A stretch of DNA of 64,000 bases. It comes from an uncultured Actinomycetota bacterium. Lineage in GTDB: Bacteria > Actinomycetota > Actinomycetes > Mycobacteriales > Nakamurellaceae. This document shows positions 49,702 through 58,846 of the stretch, piece after piece. Below the pieces are notes generated by a model. That model made no database searches. It was not told the DNA's origin and was given only the letters and a program-made list of their open reading frames with translations. Location: NCBI GenBank assembly GCA_963797145.1, contig CAWCOJ010000009.1, positions 12,424 through 76,423 on the forward strand, read 5' to 3'. How positions within the stretch are numbered: the first letter of the stretch is position 1; every line of letters starts with the position of its first letter. Made by a program: the position numbers and the translations under genes.

Positions 49702-50079
49702 TCAGGCCAGGTCGAGCAGCAGGAAGTCGTAGGCCTTGATCAGCCGCAGGATCGGCCGCGGCGGAACCGGGACCGCGCGGCGGGTCTCGTCATGGATGAT
49801 CCGCGGATTCACCAGATGCACCGACTTCCGCCTGGTCACCAGGTCGCACTCACCTGCCGCCAGAACGTTCTTGACCCAGTCGGCGTCCTTGCCGTAGGTC
49901 AGCGCAACGACATAGCCGCCCTCCCGCCGGAAGACGTTGATCGGCGTGCTGAAGGCCCTCCCGGACTTGCGTCCCCGATGCGTCACCACGCCGAAGGCGG
50001 GCATCCACGGGGCGATGTGACGGGTGAGCCGGTTCAGGCCGACCTTGTTCCACCGGCCGATCGTGCGTCCCAGAGGCAT
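49702..50079 (-). CDS. Deazaflavin (F420)-dependent nitroreductase family protein
   Basis: HRGRKSG..F.TP, YG..ADWVKNVLAAG. Confidence 0.85.
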   Translation of the reverse strand: MPLGRTIGRWNKVGLNRLTRHIAPWMPAFGVVTHRGRKSGRAFSTPINVFRREGGYVVALTYGKDADWVKNVLAAGECDLVTRRKSVHLVNPRIIHDETRRAVPVPPRPILRLIKAYDFLLLDLA

Positions 50080-50131
50080 GGCTCCGACCCTGCCACAGAC
50101 CGCCGCGGAAGCCCACCGAGTTGCGGTGTGA

Positions 50132-50468
50132 TCAGGAAGAACCGGGCTCCGACCGACCTGCAGGCCGCACCCGCACGCTGATCCGCTGGGCGCCTCGTGC
50201 CGGTGCGCCCTTCTCCCAGGGGCGGCGCAGTTCGAGCAGGACGACCGCGACACCGGGGGCCAGCGCGCGGATCTGGAACACGTCCTCGGAGCTGGCGCCG
50301 GGCGCTGCCGCAGGGTCTGCCTCGCGGCTGCGGGACACCCCGACCGAATCTCCGTCGACGGTCGCCTGCCACCGGTACCCGGCCGTGCCCCGGCTGGCGC
50401 AGCCGGAGCGTGGTCAGGTCGCCCACCTCGAGGTCGAGCTCGCGCGGACTGTCGGCAGAACCAGTCAT
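50132..50468 (-). CDS. Chagasin-family (I42) cysteine protease inhibitor (frameshift ~50400)
   Basis: Stitched: L.VGD...LRL/ASRGTAGYRW...PGASS..VFQIRALAPG...L..RRPWE; ATG overlaps the protease stop codon. Confidence 0.75.
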
Positions 50469-51880
50469 CGATCGGTGGTCGCCGCGGCCGGTCCGGCGGG
50501 ATCGTCATGCCAGGGTGCGATCTCGGCTCCTGTCACGACCGCACCGTCAGGGATCGCCGGCAGCTCGGTCGATCCGGCGGCCGCGGTCGCGCCAGGACCG
50601 GCGGGGGTGAAGAGCTTGGTGGCTTCCAGCCGCCAGCCGCCGGCGACCACCTCGGAGTCGTTGGTGGTGTAGAAGTGGTTCTGCGCGTTGGTCTTCACGT
50701 AACGGAACAGCCGAGCGGTCCGGTGCCCGGTGCCCGGATAGACGTAGCACTGGATCCCCTGGTAGACGTAGCCGGACTTGCCGGAACCCAGCTCACCCCA
50801 GCTCGTCGTGTAGATGTGATCCGCGGAGTGCGCACTGTAATAGCGGTAGACGGGAACGGTTCCCGGCTTCGCCGTCGGGTAGACGTAGCACTGGGTCTCT
50901 TCGAAGTGCCACCCGTTCCGGCCGTCACCCAGTTCCGTCCACTGGGTGGTGTAGAAGTGGTGGCCGTTGTTCTCGTTGACGTAGCGGTACAGCGGCACCG
51001 TCCCGGTCGACGGGACGATCACCGAGTCCACCGCCCACATCTCGGCGTCGATACCGCATTCCCCGTAGCCGATCCGGAAGTAGCCGTTGGCTCCGAACCA
51101 CGTCCCCCAGCTGTTCTTCGCGATCCAACAGTGCTGGGTGTCGTCGTACCCGACGATGCTCACGCAGTGGCCACCGACCAGATCGCCGACGTGGTGGCTG
51201 TAAACCCCGGATTCGTAGGAGTAGAAGTCGTCGTACACACTGAAGCAGGCGGTCAGCGGGCCACGGGTGGAGATCCAGTCCTTCATCGCGGCCACCGAGG
51301 TGATCGCGTGCCAGCCGCCGATCTTGGTCACCGAGTTCTGCCAGCCGGTGCGCAGCCCGCAGCTCCGATCGCCTGCCGTGTAGGGGAAGTGCGTGCCGTC
51401 CGTGATGCCCGGATTCTCGAAAGCCGTCAGCGCCTCGTCCGGCCACCACCCCGAGTCACAGGTGGCTCCCTGCGACCCGGCAACGCAGTAGAACAGCTGC
51501 GCCTCGGACACATCGATCGGCAGGGTGTAGCCGTACAGCACCCTGGCGGTGGTCTCGACCGTGGCTGCGGTTCCGAACGCCACACAGGATCCGCAGTCGC
51601 CCTGGTCCCGGACCGGGGTCACGTAGCTGTGCCCGCCGTGCGCGCGCCAATCGAACTTCGGCGGGTGCACGCCCGCAGTTGCTTCCGCGGTCACCGACCT
51701 GGTCGCAGCAGCCTGTTCCCGCGCCGCCAGGGTGGTCCCCGGTGGCACCGCACCGAGCCGACGCCGCTTCTGCCGCAAGGACATCGTGAAGTGGTCCGTC
51801 GCTGCGGCCTGCCAACCGGCGCCGGCGTTCGCGAGCGCCGACTGGATCTGGTCGATGGTCACGGGGGTCTTGTCGGGCAT
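50465..51880 (-). CDS. Papain-like C1A cysteine peptidase with C-terminal YRY/HFYT (DUF5648-like) repeats
   Basis: FDWR, DQGDCGSCVAF, GGHCVSIVGY, KNSWG; three LYRY...HFYTT-type repeats. Confidence 0.92.
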   Translation of the reverse strand: MPDKTPVTIDQIQSALANAGAGWQAAATDHFTMSLRQKRRRLGAVPPGTTLAAREQAAATRSVTAEATAGVHPPKFDWRAHGGHSYVTPVRDQGDCGSCVAFGTAATVETTARVLYGYTLPIDVSEAQLFYCVAGSQGATCDSGWWPDEALTAFENPGITDGTHFPYTAGDRSCGLRTGWQNSVTKIGGWHAITSVAAMKDWISTRGPLTACFSVYDDFYSYESGVYSHHVGDLVGGHCVSIVGYDDTQHCWIAKNSWGTWFGANGYFRIGYGECGIDAEMWAVDSVIVPSTGTVPLYRYVNENNGHHFYTTQWTELGDGRNGWHFEETQCYVYPTAKPGTVPVYRYYSAHSADHIYTTSWGELGSGKSGYVYQGIQCYVYPGTGHRTARLFRYVKTNAQNHFYTTNDSEVVAGGWRLEATKLFTPAGPGATAAAGSTELPAIPDGAVVTGAEIAPWHDDPAGPAAATTDR

Positions 51881-52128
51881 CTAGATCTCCTTGGTCCGCG
51901 TGTCCGCCGGAGCGTTTCCGGCAGGGATCACGAGCCGAACCCTGGTTCGGAGCGGACCCCGCCTGTCAGTGATACACCCCGCTGTGGCGTTTGCCGTTCG
52001 GCTCGTGCGGGGAGGCACAGGTCAGTGACCACGACGGGCGCCGGGCCGCAACACGGCACACTGGTAGCTGACCGGCGTGGTGCGACTCCAGGGTCGCGCG
52101 ATCCCGCCACAGCGACGACAGGAGCTCC

Positions 52129-52809
52129 ATGGCGCTGCTCAGTAAGACGGTCGGGCGGCTCGCTGCGCCCATCGCCAAGTCCGTGACGCCTCAGTACGTC
52201 GCCGGATTCATCCGCAGCGTGCTGGACAAGGCGATCGACGGTGTCGGACCGGTCCCCGGCGCCGCGTTGAGCGCTGACCGACAACTCGTGGAGACCGGTG
52301 GCGACCGCGAGAAGGCGATCAAGAATCTGATCAACAGCCACGTGAAGTACGCCGGAGCGCAGGGGTTCGCGACGAACATCGGCGGCCTGATGACTGCGGC
52401 GGCCGCCATTCCGGCGAACATCACCGGCCTCGCCCTGATCCAGTGCCACCTGATCGCCGGTATCGCCCACCTGCGCGGCTACGAGCTCGCCGACAGCCGG
52501 GTACGCAATGCGGTGCTCGCCTGCATGGTGGGCGAGGAGGCACTCGCGCACCTGATCAGGTCCGGTCGGCTGCTGCACGGTCCGCGCGACCTGGCCGTCG
52601 AGGCCAGCCCGGATCCGGAGACCGACGAGATGATCTCCCGCATCGTGGCAACGGAGCTGATCGCACAGGTCGGCGGGAAGCGTTTGGTCACCATGGCCGG
52701 CCGACGGGTTCCGTTGCTGGGCGGTGCCTTCGGCGGGACCGCGGACAGTTTCCGGACCTGGCAGATCGGTCGGTTCGCCGCCAACTCGCTGAGTCCACGC
52801 ACCCTCTGA
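52129..52809 (+). CDS. EcsC family protein
   Basis: GAQGF.T..GG, IA.LRGY, VP..GG..GG..D; RBS AGGAG. Confidence 0.75.
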   Translation: MALLSKTVGRLAAPIAKSVTPQYVAGFIRSVLDKAIDGVGPVPGAALSADRQLVETGGDREKAIKNLINSHVKYAGAQGFATNIGGLMTAAAAIPANITGLALIQCHLIAGIAHLRGYELADSRVRNAVLACMVGEEALAHLIRSGRLLHGPRDLAVEASPDPETDEMISRIVATELIAQVGGKRLVTMAGRRVPLLGGAFGGTADSFRTWQIGRFAANSLSPRTL

Positions 52810-52827
52810 GTGCGGTGCTCGCACCTG

Positions 52828-55800
52828 TCAGCGGTTGGCCCGAGCCAGATCGTGCAAGTGGCGATAGAACACCCAGCATTCGAAGGCATCCGGGTTGCTG
52901 CCCGGGGTGTTGGGGTAGTTGGCATTCACGCCTCCACCGCTGGCGAACGAGGCGCGCTCGGAGGGATCGTTCTCCATCGCGGCGATCTGCCACGACACGT
53001 GATCGAGCAGTTCCGCCAGCTTCTGTTTGGCCCACACCGGGTCGTCGGCCAACAGGTCGAGCGCCTCATTGAGCAGGCTGTTCAGCTCGCTCAGGTGGAG
53101 AACAACCGGCGAAGCCTTCCACGGCAGACCGGTGACCGGATAGGGATTTCCGCCCGAATCCTCACGCGGACCGTATTCCACCACGACGTGCTTCGCCGGC
53201 TTCTTGTCCGAGGTCCCGACGCTGCCTGACTTCTGCCCGCCCGATACCTTCGAGTCCCCCTTCTTGGCACCGAAGGACTCGACGAGGACCTGGGGATTCA
53301 CCGCGAGGGGTTGGCTGGGGCCGTCCTTGACCTCGGCCGTGCCGAGCTTCTGAGACTTCACCGAGATCAACGGGTCGGAGTTCTGGGCCACCGGCCCGCC
53401 GGTGGTCGGCACGGCGGTCGGGTTCGACGTCGGCTGGTCAACTGCGACGATGATCGACGTCGGCGCCATGGTCCGATCCGGCGGTGTGTCGGAGTCGACA
53501 GCCGCCTTCTTGGTCTCGAGCTGAACGGGGGCGGTGGTGGATTCCGTAGGAAGATGCGGCTTGGCGTCCTCGGGCTCGGATGGCGTGGGCATCGACTTGT
53601 CCCTGGCCTGCACGGCTTTCATCCGCTTCAGCGGATCTCCCAGAGCGAGGAAGATCAGCGATATCAGCTCCTTCAGGATGTCCGCCGGCGGCAGGTGCCC
53701 GAGCTGCTGATACAGGGTCTGGCCGGGGTTGGCGGAGCCTTCCAATACCTTGTCGATCGTCGCCTTCGCCGATTTGCCCTCGGCATACATCACCTCGGTC
53801 GGCACGCCGCCCGAGCCGATGGTGCCGCCGGTCGTCATCGGCAGGGCGGTGCCCTTGTAGGCCTGCTCCGAGGAGGGGAACGGCGAGAACTGGGTGACGG
53901 CGAACAGCGCTTCCAGGGTCGCCGTTGGATGCCGGATCGGCTCGGCCACCAGCCCGGCGAGCATGATCGCCGAGGTCTTGTCCGCCGTGACGCTCGTGCT
54001 CTTGAGACATCTGCGGAACAATTCGGCGAGGTCCCCGATGGTGGCTCCCTCGGGATACGGGTCGACCTGGGGCTTGCCCTGGTTGAAGTAACCGATGTAG
54101 GCATCGACGTTGTCGACCAGGAATGTCCCGTCCAGCCAGGTGAATCGGGCCCACTCCCGGTCGCCCGAGGAAAATGTGCCCTCTACATCTGCACCTGGCA
54201 GGGAGCCTTGCGAGCCCTTGGCGGTGTCCTTCCGACCCCCTGACGCCTTTTTCTCGACACCCTTCTTCTCGGCACCCTTTTTCTCGGCGACCTTCTTGTC
54301 GCCGCCCTTCTTGGGCTGGTTGAACTTGGCCATCTTTTCCTGCAGTTCGGCCGCTTTCCGCTGGGCTTCCAGCTTGTGGGCAGCGGCTGCCTTGGCCTGA
54401 TCGCGCGCCACCACATATGCGCGGCGCACCAGGTCCAACTGCACAACGCAGGTCTGAGCGTCGGCGCCGAGCTTGAGCCAGGTCGCCTTCGCCGCCTCGC
54501 GCTCTTTTTCGATGGCAATCTCCTCGGCGGAGGGCTCGGCCTTCGTGTCCTTGGCCGTCGGTCCCTTCTGGCCCCGTCCCTGCGGTACCTTCTGCGCCGT
54601 GGTCGGCGATGCCTTCTGGCCCTTGGGCGGCGGGGTCTTCTGATCCTTGGCCGACTCCGGGGCGCGCTGCGCCTCCTCGGCCTTCTTCTTCCGTGCCCGG
54701 TCCATGACGTCGTTCATCGCCTGCAGCTCCGCGGCAACCTCCTCCCAGGCCCGGAACATCAGCAGTTCGAAGTCCTCGGGCGATACCGGTTGGTGTGTCA
54801 CGGAACTCGACATGGCGATCGCTGCTCGGGGAGCGTCGATCAGGAAGTAGACGTCGTTTTCCTTGTAGTGCTGGCAGGTCAGGTAGAAGATGTCCGCCAG
54901 CGGGTCGTAGATCAGCCGGCCGGACTGTTCCGCCTCCTTCCAGCCCATTGCGGTGTACTCCCGGAGCGGCCGGTCGATGCCGTCCAGCCCCTTCTTCATC
55001 TGTTTGGTCGGGAGCGGCTTGTCGGCGCTGCGCAGGAAGTCGATGAAGAACCTGGCCCGATTCGACTCGAGCACCTTGGCGCCGCCCGAGCTCGGGATCC
55101 GACCCTTTCCGTCCTGATGCCAGGAGCGGGCGCCGGTCTTGATCTTGTTGCGGAGCCGAACCACGGCGGGTAGGTCGTCGAGATTGATGACGTCAACCTC
55201 GCCGAGCAGACTCTGCACGCGCCTGATGAAGGCCTGCATACTCGGCGGCAGAGCGCTGAGCGGAATGGTGACGACGCTCCCGGGCTTCGCGTCGCCGGCG
55301 AGCCGCGCGGTCATCTCACCGGCGGTGAGCTGTTCGAACCCGCCGACGGCGGTGGACACCTTGGCGTCCGCAGATGTCGCGGATTCCGTGGAAGGTCCAC
55401 CCTTCGGCTCGGACCCCGGTCGGTCGCCGTCGCCCTTGACCTCCGATGCCGGTCGATCGACCTCGGCCTTCTGCTCGGCCGGGCTGTCGGCCGGGGTCTT
55501 CTCCGCCTCGATCTTCTTCTCGGCCTTCGGCTCCCCGGTGGGTGGGCCGCCCGTCGGCTTCTTCTCGTCGTCCTTGCGGGCGTCGCCGCTCTTCTTCGGG
55601 GTGTCGCCACCCTTCTTGTCGTCGTCCTTGCGGGCGTCGCCGCTCTTCTTCTGGTCGTTGTTGTCGGCGCCCTGGCCCTTGTTCTTACGCCGGCGGATGA
55701 CGGAGATCGACGCCGGCTGCAGGGGGTGCTGCTGGGGGAGGTGAACCGTCCCGCCCGAACGGTTCAGGGCACCGATGCCGACCCTGGGAGCAGGCCCGGT

Positions 55801-55935
55801 GAGCTCGGTGCTGACACCGACGCTCACCGGCACGGCTCCCACCAGCCGCGCATCGTCGCTCGCCGGCTGCCCGGAGGAGGGCTCACGTTCGTCGCTTCGT
55901 GTGCGCGCGGCCAGTTCAGGCGTGGCGTGGGTCAT
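52828..55935 (-). CDS. Large multidomain toxin-like protein: disordered leader, RNase Sa/barnase-like domain, coiled coil, possible RIP-like domain, unknown C-terminal domain
   Basis: Long intact ORF with RBS GGAGG; LSALPP...REYT...RLIY...YLTCQHY; Lys/Glu/Pro-rich linkers. Confidence 0.75.
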   Translation of the reverse strand: MTHATPELAARTRSDEREPSSGQPASDDARLVGAVPVSVGVSTELTGPAPRVGIGALNRSGGTVHLPQQHPLQPASISVIRRRKNKGQGADNNDQKKSGDARKDDDKKGGDTPKKSGDARKDDEKKPTGGPPTGEPKAEKKIEAEKTPADSPAEQKAEVDRPASEVKGDGDRPGSEPKGGPSTESATSADAKVSTAVGGFEQLTAGEMTARLAGDAKPGSVVTIPLSALPPSMQAFIRRVQSLLGEVDVINLDDLPAVVRLRNKIKTGARSWHQDGKGRIPSSGGAKVLESNRARFFIDFLRSADKPLPTKQMKKGLDGIDRPLREYTAMGWKEAEQSGRLIYDPLADIFYLTCQHYKENDVYFLIDAPRAAIAMSSSVTHQPVSPEDFELLMFRAWEEVAAELQAMNDVMDRARKKKAEEAQRAPESAKDQKTPPPKGQKASPTTAQKVPQGRGQKGPTAKDTKAEPSAEEIAIEKEREAAKATWLKLGADAQTCVVQLDLVRRAYVVARDQAKAAAAHKLEAQRKAAELQEKMAKFNQPKKGGDKKVAEKKGAEKKGVEKKASGGRKDTAKGSQGSLPGADVEGTFSSGDREWARFTWLDGTFLVDNVDAYIGYFNQGKPQVDPYPEGATIGDLAELFRRCLKSTSVTADKTSAIMLAGLVAEPIRHPTATLEALFAVTQFSPFPSSEQAYKGTALPMTTGGTIGSGGVPTEVMYAEGKSAKATIDKVLEGSANPGQTLYQQLGHLPPADILKELISLIFLALGDPLKRMKAVQARDKSMPTPSEPEDAKPHLPTESTTAPVQLETKKAAVDSDTPPDRTMAPTSIIVAVDQPTSNPTAVPTTGGPVAQNSDPLISVKSQKLGTAEVKDGPSQPLAVNPQVLVESFGAKKGDSKVSGGQKSGSVGTSDKKPAKHVVVEYGPREDSGGNPYPVTGLPWKASPVVLHLSELNSLLNEALDLLADDPVWAKQKLAELLDHVSWQIAAMENDPSERASFASGGGVNANYPNTPGSNPDAFECWVFYRHLHDLARANR

Positions 55936-56028
55936 GGATCCTCCCCGTCGGCCGGGCAATCACCACCCAGTCTGTCGGTGCGAGGCCGGAAGAGCCAGAC
56001 ATTCGCCCGAACAGGGTATGAATCGGGC

Positions 56029-56490
56029 TCAGAACCCGAAGCTGACCACCGGCGGCAGCGAACCGGTCCGCACCGCGTCGAACACGAACTTCTCGTGCGG
56101 CACCACCGGGTCGGGTAGGGCGTCCAAGGAGAACCACTGCAGATCAGCCTGTTTGGCCGGCTCACGGCGTTCGGGAACGCCGGCCCACCGGGTGCATCCG
56201 AAGAAGAAGTCCACCCGCTCGTCGATGGGGAGGCCATTGCCGTGGGTGCGATGCATGCCGGTCAACGGCACCAGGTCGGCGATCGCAATCTCGATGCCGA
56301 TCTCCTCGCGGGCCTCCCGGATCGCGGCGGCGAACACCGACTCGCCGAGTTCGACATGCCCGGCCGCCGCACAGGCCCAGTGACCGTCCCGGTACCCGGT
56401 GTGCTGCCGTAGTTGCAGGAGCACCTCGTCACCGCGGCGCAGCAGCACGTAGGCCGCGGGCACCACCTGGAACCGCTGCGGTGTCGTCAT
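56029..56490 (-). CDS. NUDIX hydrolase
   Basis: GHVELGESVFAAAIREAREEIG Nudix box. Confidence 0.92.
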   Translation of the reverse strand: MTTPQRFQVVPAAYVLLRRGDEVLLQLRQHTGYRDGHWACAAAGHVELGESVFAAAIREAREEIGIEIAIADLVPLTGMHRTHGNGLPIDERVDFFFGCTRWAGVPERREPAKQADLQWFSLDALPDPVVPHEKFVFDAVRTGSLPPVVSFGF

Positions 56491-58751
56491 CCGAGCCGAT
56501 GCAGCACGGCCGGCAGCGGAGCTGCATGCACGATGCCGAGCCGCTGGGTGGAGCGGGTCAGGGCCACGTAGAGGTCACCCAGCCCGTGCGCGCCCACCCC
56601 GGCGATCGCCGCCGGCTCGACCAGGATCACCGCGTCGAACTCGAGACCCTTGGCCTGCCGGACGGTCAGCACCGCCACCCGGTGACCAGGACCGGCATTC
56701 GACGTGGTGCCGGGCACCTCCGCCGCCACCGCTGCCAACACCTCGTCCGCCCCGGCCGGCACGATCACCGCGACCTGACCGCTGTCGTGTGTTGCCAGCT
56801 CGTCACGCACCGCCTCGGCGACCGTCGATGCCACCTTCTCGGCCGAGGTCGACTGCACCCAGGGGCCGAACCCGCTGTGCCGCACCGACTCCGGCATCGT
56901 CAGCGTGGGGTCGATGGCGGCCAACACAGGCTCGGCGAGTTCCATGATCTCCTGGGGGGTCCGGTAGTTGACGGTGAGCTCTTCGAGGCGCCAGCGGTCC
57001 TTCGCGTGCGGCCGGAGCGCCCGCTCCCAGTTGGTGGTGCCGGCCGGGTCGGAGGTCTGCGCGATGTCGCCGACCACGGTCATCGACTTCAACGGGCAGC
57101 GTCGCATCACCATCCGCCACGCCATCTGCGAGAGCTCCTGCGCCTCATCGACGATGACGTGCCCGTAGGTCCATTCCCGATCCGCAGCAGCGCGATCGGC
57201 GATGCTGATGAACGACTGCTCCTCGGTGTTCATCTCAGCGAGCTGTTCGGCGGTGATCATGCCGAGGGTGAACCCGATTCCGGAATCCTCCTGACCGGCG
57301 GAGGCCTGGTGCATGGCCTCGAGGGTCTGCTCGGCGAATCGCAGTTCCTCGGCGCGCTTGTCGGCCCAGGCCCGGTCCGCGGAGCCGACTTCACCCAGCA
57401 GCTCGGCCGCCTCGTCCAGCAGCGGCACGTCCGACACCGTCCAGGCGCCCGGGTCGTCCCGCAGCAGGAGGTCGCGCTGCCGGGCGCTGAGCATCGGCGC
57501 GGCGAACGCGATGCGGTCCCGCGACGTCAGGAGTTCGGCGACCAGCTGTTGCGCGGTGATCGCGGGCCAGAGGTCCGCGAGCGCCTCGACCACGGTCTCG
57601 TCGCCGGCGAGCTGCCTGCGGATCTCCGCGACGTCGGCCTTGCCGTCGTACTCGTCCGCCTGCTTGACGCCAGGCCGTCCGGCCGCCTGCCGGGCCAGCC
57701 CGTCCAGCACCACCCGGATGAAGATCTGCCGGGCCCGGTTGTGCGGGAGCCGGGAACCCCAGGCCCGCCGCTGGGCCTTGGCGAGCAAACCGGGGTCGAG
57801 GCGGAGCGCCGCCCGTTCGAAGTTCACCGAGCGTCCCCGGCGCGGCATCCGCTGCCGGTCGAGCACCGCATGATCGATCACCTTGGCCAGCACCGGCCGG
57901 CCCTTGAGCTCCGCGACCGCCGGCTCGTCGGAGGCGGTGGCGACGACTCCCGGGAACAGCGTCCCGATGGTGGAGAGCACCACCGACGACTCGCCGAGCG
58001 ACGGCAGCACCTGGGAGATGTAGCCCAGGAAGGTCTCGTTCGGGCCGATCACCAGCACACCGTGGCCCCCGAGCCGGGCCCGGTAGGTGTAGAGCAGATA
58101 GGCGGCCCGGTGCAGCGCGACGACCGTCTTGCCGGTGCCAGGACCGCCCTGCACCACCAGCACACCGTTGCGGTCGGAGCGGATGATCCGGTCCTGCTCG
58201 GCCTGGATGGTGGCGATGATGTCGCCCATCCGGCCGGTCCGCGGCGCGTTCAGGGCATCCAGCAGGGCCGAGTCTCCCGCGGCGCCGAGCTCCCCGGTCT
58301 CCGGCACCGCGTCGGTGGCCTGCAGGTACTCGTCGGACACCGACTCGACCTGCCGGCGCCGGGTGCGGATGTGCCGGCGCAGCTGTACACCGAGCGGGTT
58401 CAACGCGGTCGCGGTGTAGAACGGGGCGGCGGCCGGTGCCCGCCAGTCGATCAGGATCTGCCGGCGTTCCGAGGTGCCGTCGCTGAGCCCCATTCGGCCG
58501 ATGTGCCGGGACTCGCCGTCATCGGTGTCCAGCCGGCCGAAGCACAGCTTGTCCTCGGCGGCGGCCAGCGCTGCCAGCTCCTCGGCGTACCGGTACTGCA
58601 GGGCGTCTCGGGTGAACCGACCGGCGGGGGTGCCGTCGGAGGAGAACGCGGCCTCCTTCTTGCGTTGCTGCGCGTCGACCCGCATCACCTCGATGCGGGC
58701 GTACATCGCGTCCAGCTCGGTCTGCTCGGCCGCGACGGCGTCGCTCGTCAT
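56487..58751 (-). CDS. helD: HelD-family (UvrD-like) RNA polymerase recycling ATPase
   Basis: FGRLD, IDWRAP, IIATIQ.EQD, GGPGTGKT..ALHR, VDEAQ, NYRT, KGLEFD, YVALTR. Confidence 0.88.
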   Translation of the reverse strand: MTSDAVAAEQTELDAMYARIEVMRVDAQQRKKEAAFSSDGTPAGRFTRDALQYRYAEELAALAAAEDKLCFGRLDTDDGESRHIGRMGLSDGTSERRQILIDWRAPAAAPFYTATALNPLGVQLRRHIRTRRRQVESVSDEYLQATDAVPETGELGAAGDSALLDALNAPRTGRMGDIIATIQAEQDRIIRSDRNGVLVVQGGPGTGKTVVALHRAAYLLYTYRARLGGHGVLVIGPNETFLGYISQVLPSLGESSVVLSTIGTLFPGVVATASDEPAVAELKGRPVLAKVIDHAVLDRQRMPRRGRSVNFERAALRLDPGLLAKAQRRAWGSRLPHNRARQIFIRVVLDGLARQAAGRPGVKQADEYDGKADVAEIRRQLAGDETVVEALADLWPAITAQQLVAELLTSRDRIAFAAPMLSARQRDLLLRDDPGAWTVSDVPLLDEAAELLGEVGSADRAWADKRAEELRFAEQTLEAMHQASAGQEDSGIGFTLGMITAEQLAEMNTEEQSFISIADRAAADREWTYGHVIVDEAQELSQMAWRMVMRRCPLKSMTVVGDIAQTSDPAGTTNWERALRPHAKDRWRLEELTVNYRTPQEIMELAEPVLAAIDPTLTMPESVRHSGFGPWVQSTSAEKVASTVAEAVRDELATHDSGQVAVIVPAGADEVLAAVAAEVPGTTSNAGPGHRVAVLTVRQAKGLEFDAVILVEPAAIAGVGAHGLGDLYVALTRSTQRLGIVHAAPLPAVLHRLG

Positions 58752-58846
58752 GGATCTCCAGGGGGCCTGCGGTGGTACCTCCCCGCGCACTGCGGGCAAG
58801 GCCAACCAACCTACTCCACCGCGGGCCCCGGCCGATCCGACGAGCA

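Noticed and set aside
58752-58815. Rifamycin-associated element (RAE) upstream of helD, which would imply helR
   Set aside because: Only a half-site-like GGCAAGGCC is present, with no full palindrome, and it lies downstream of the likely -10 element.
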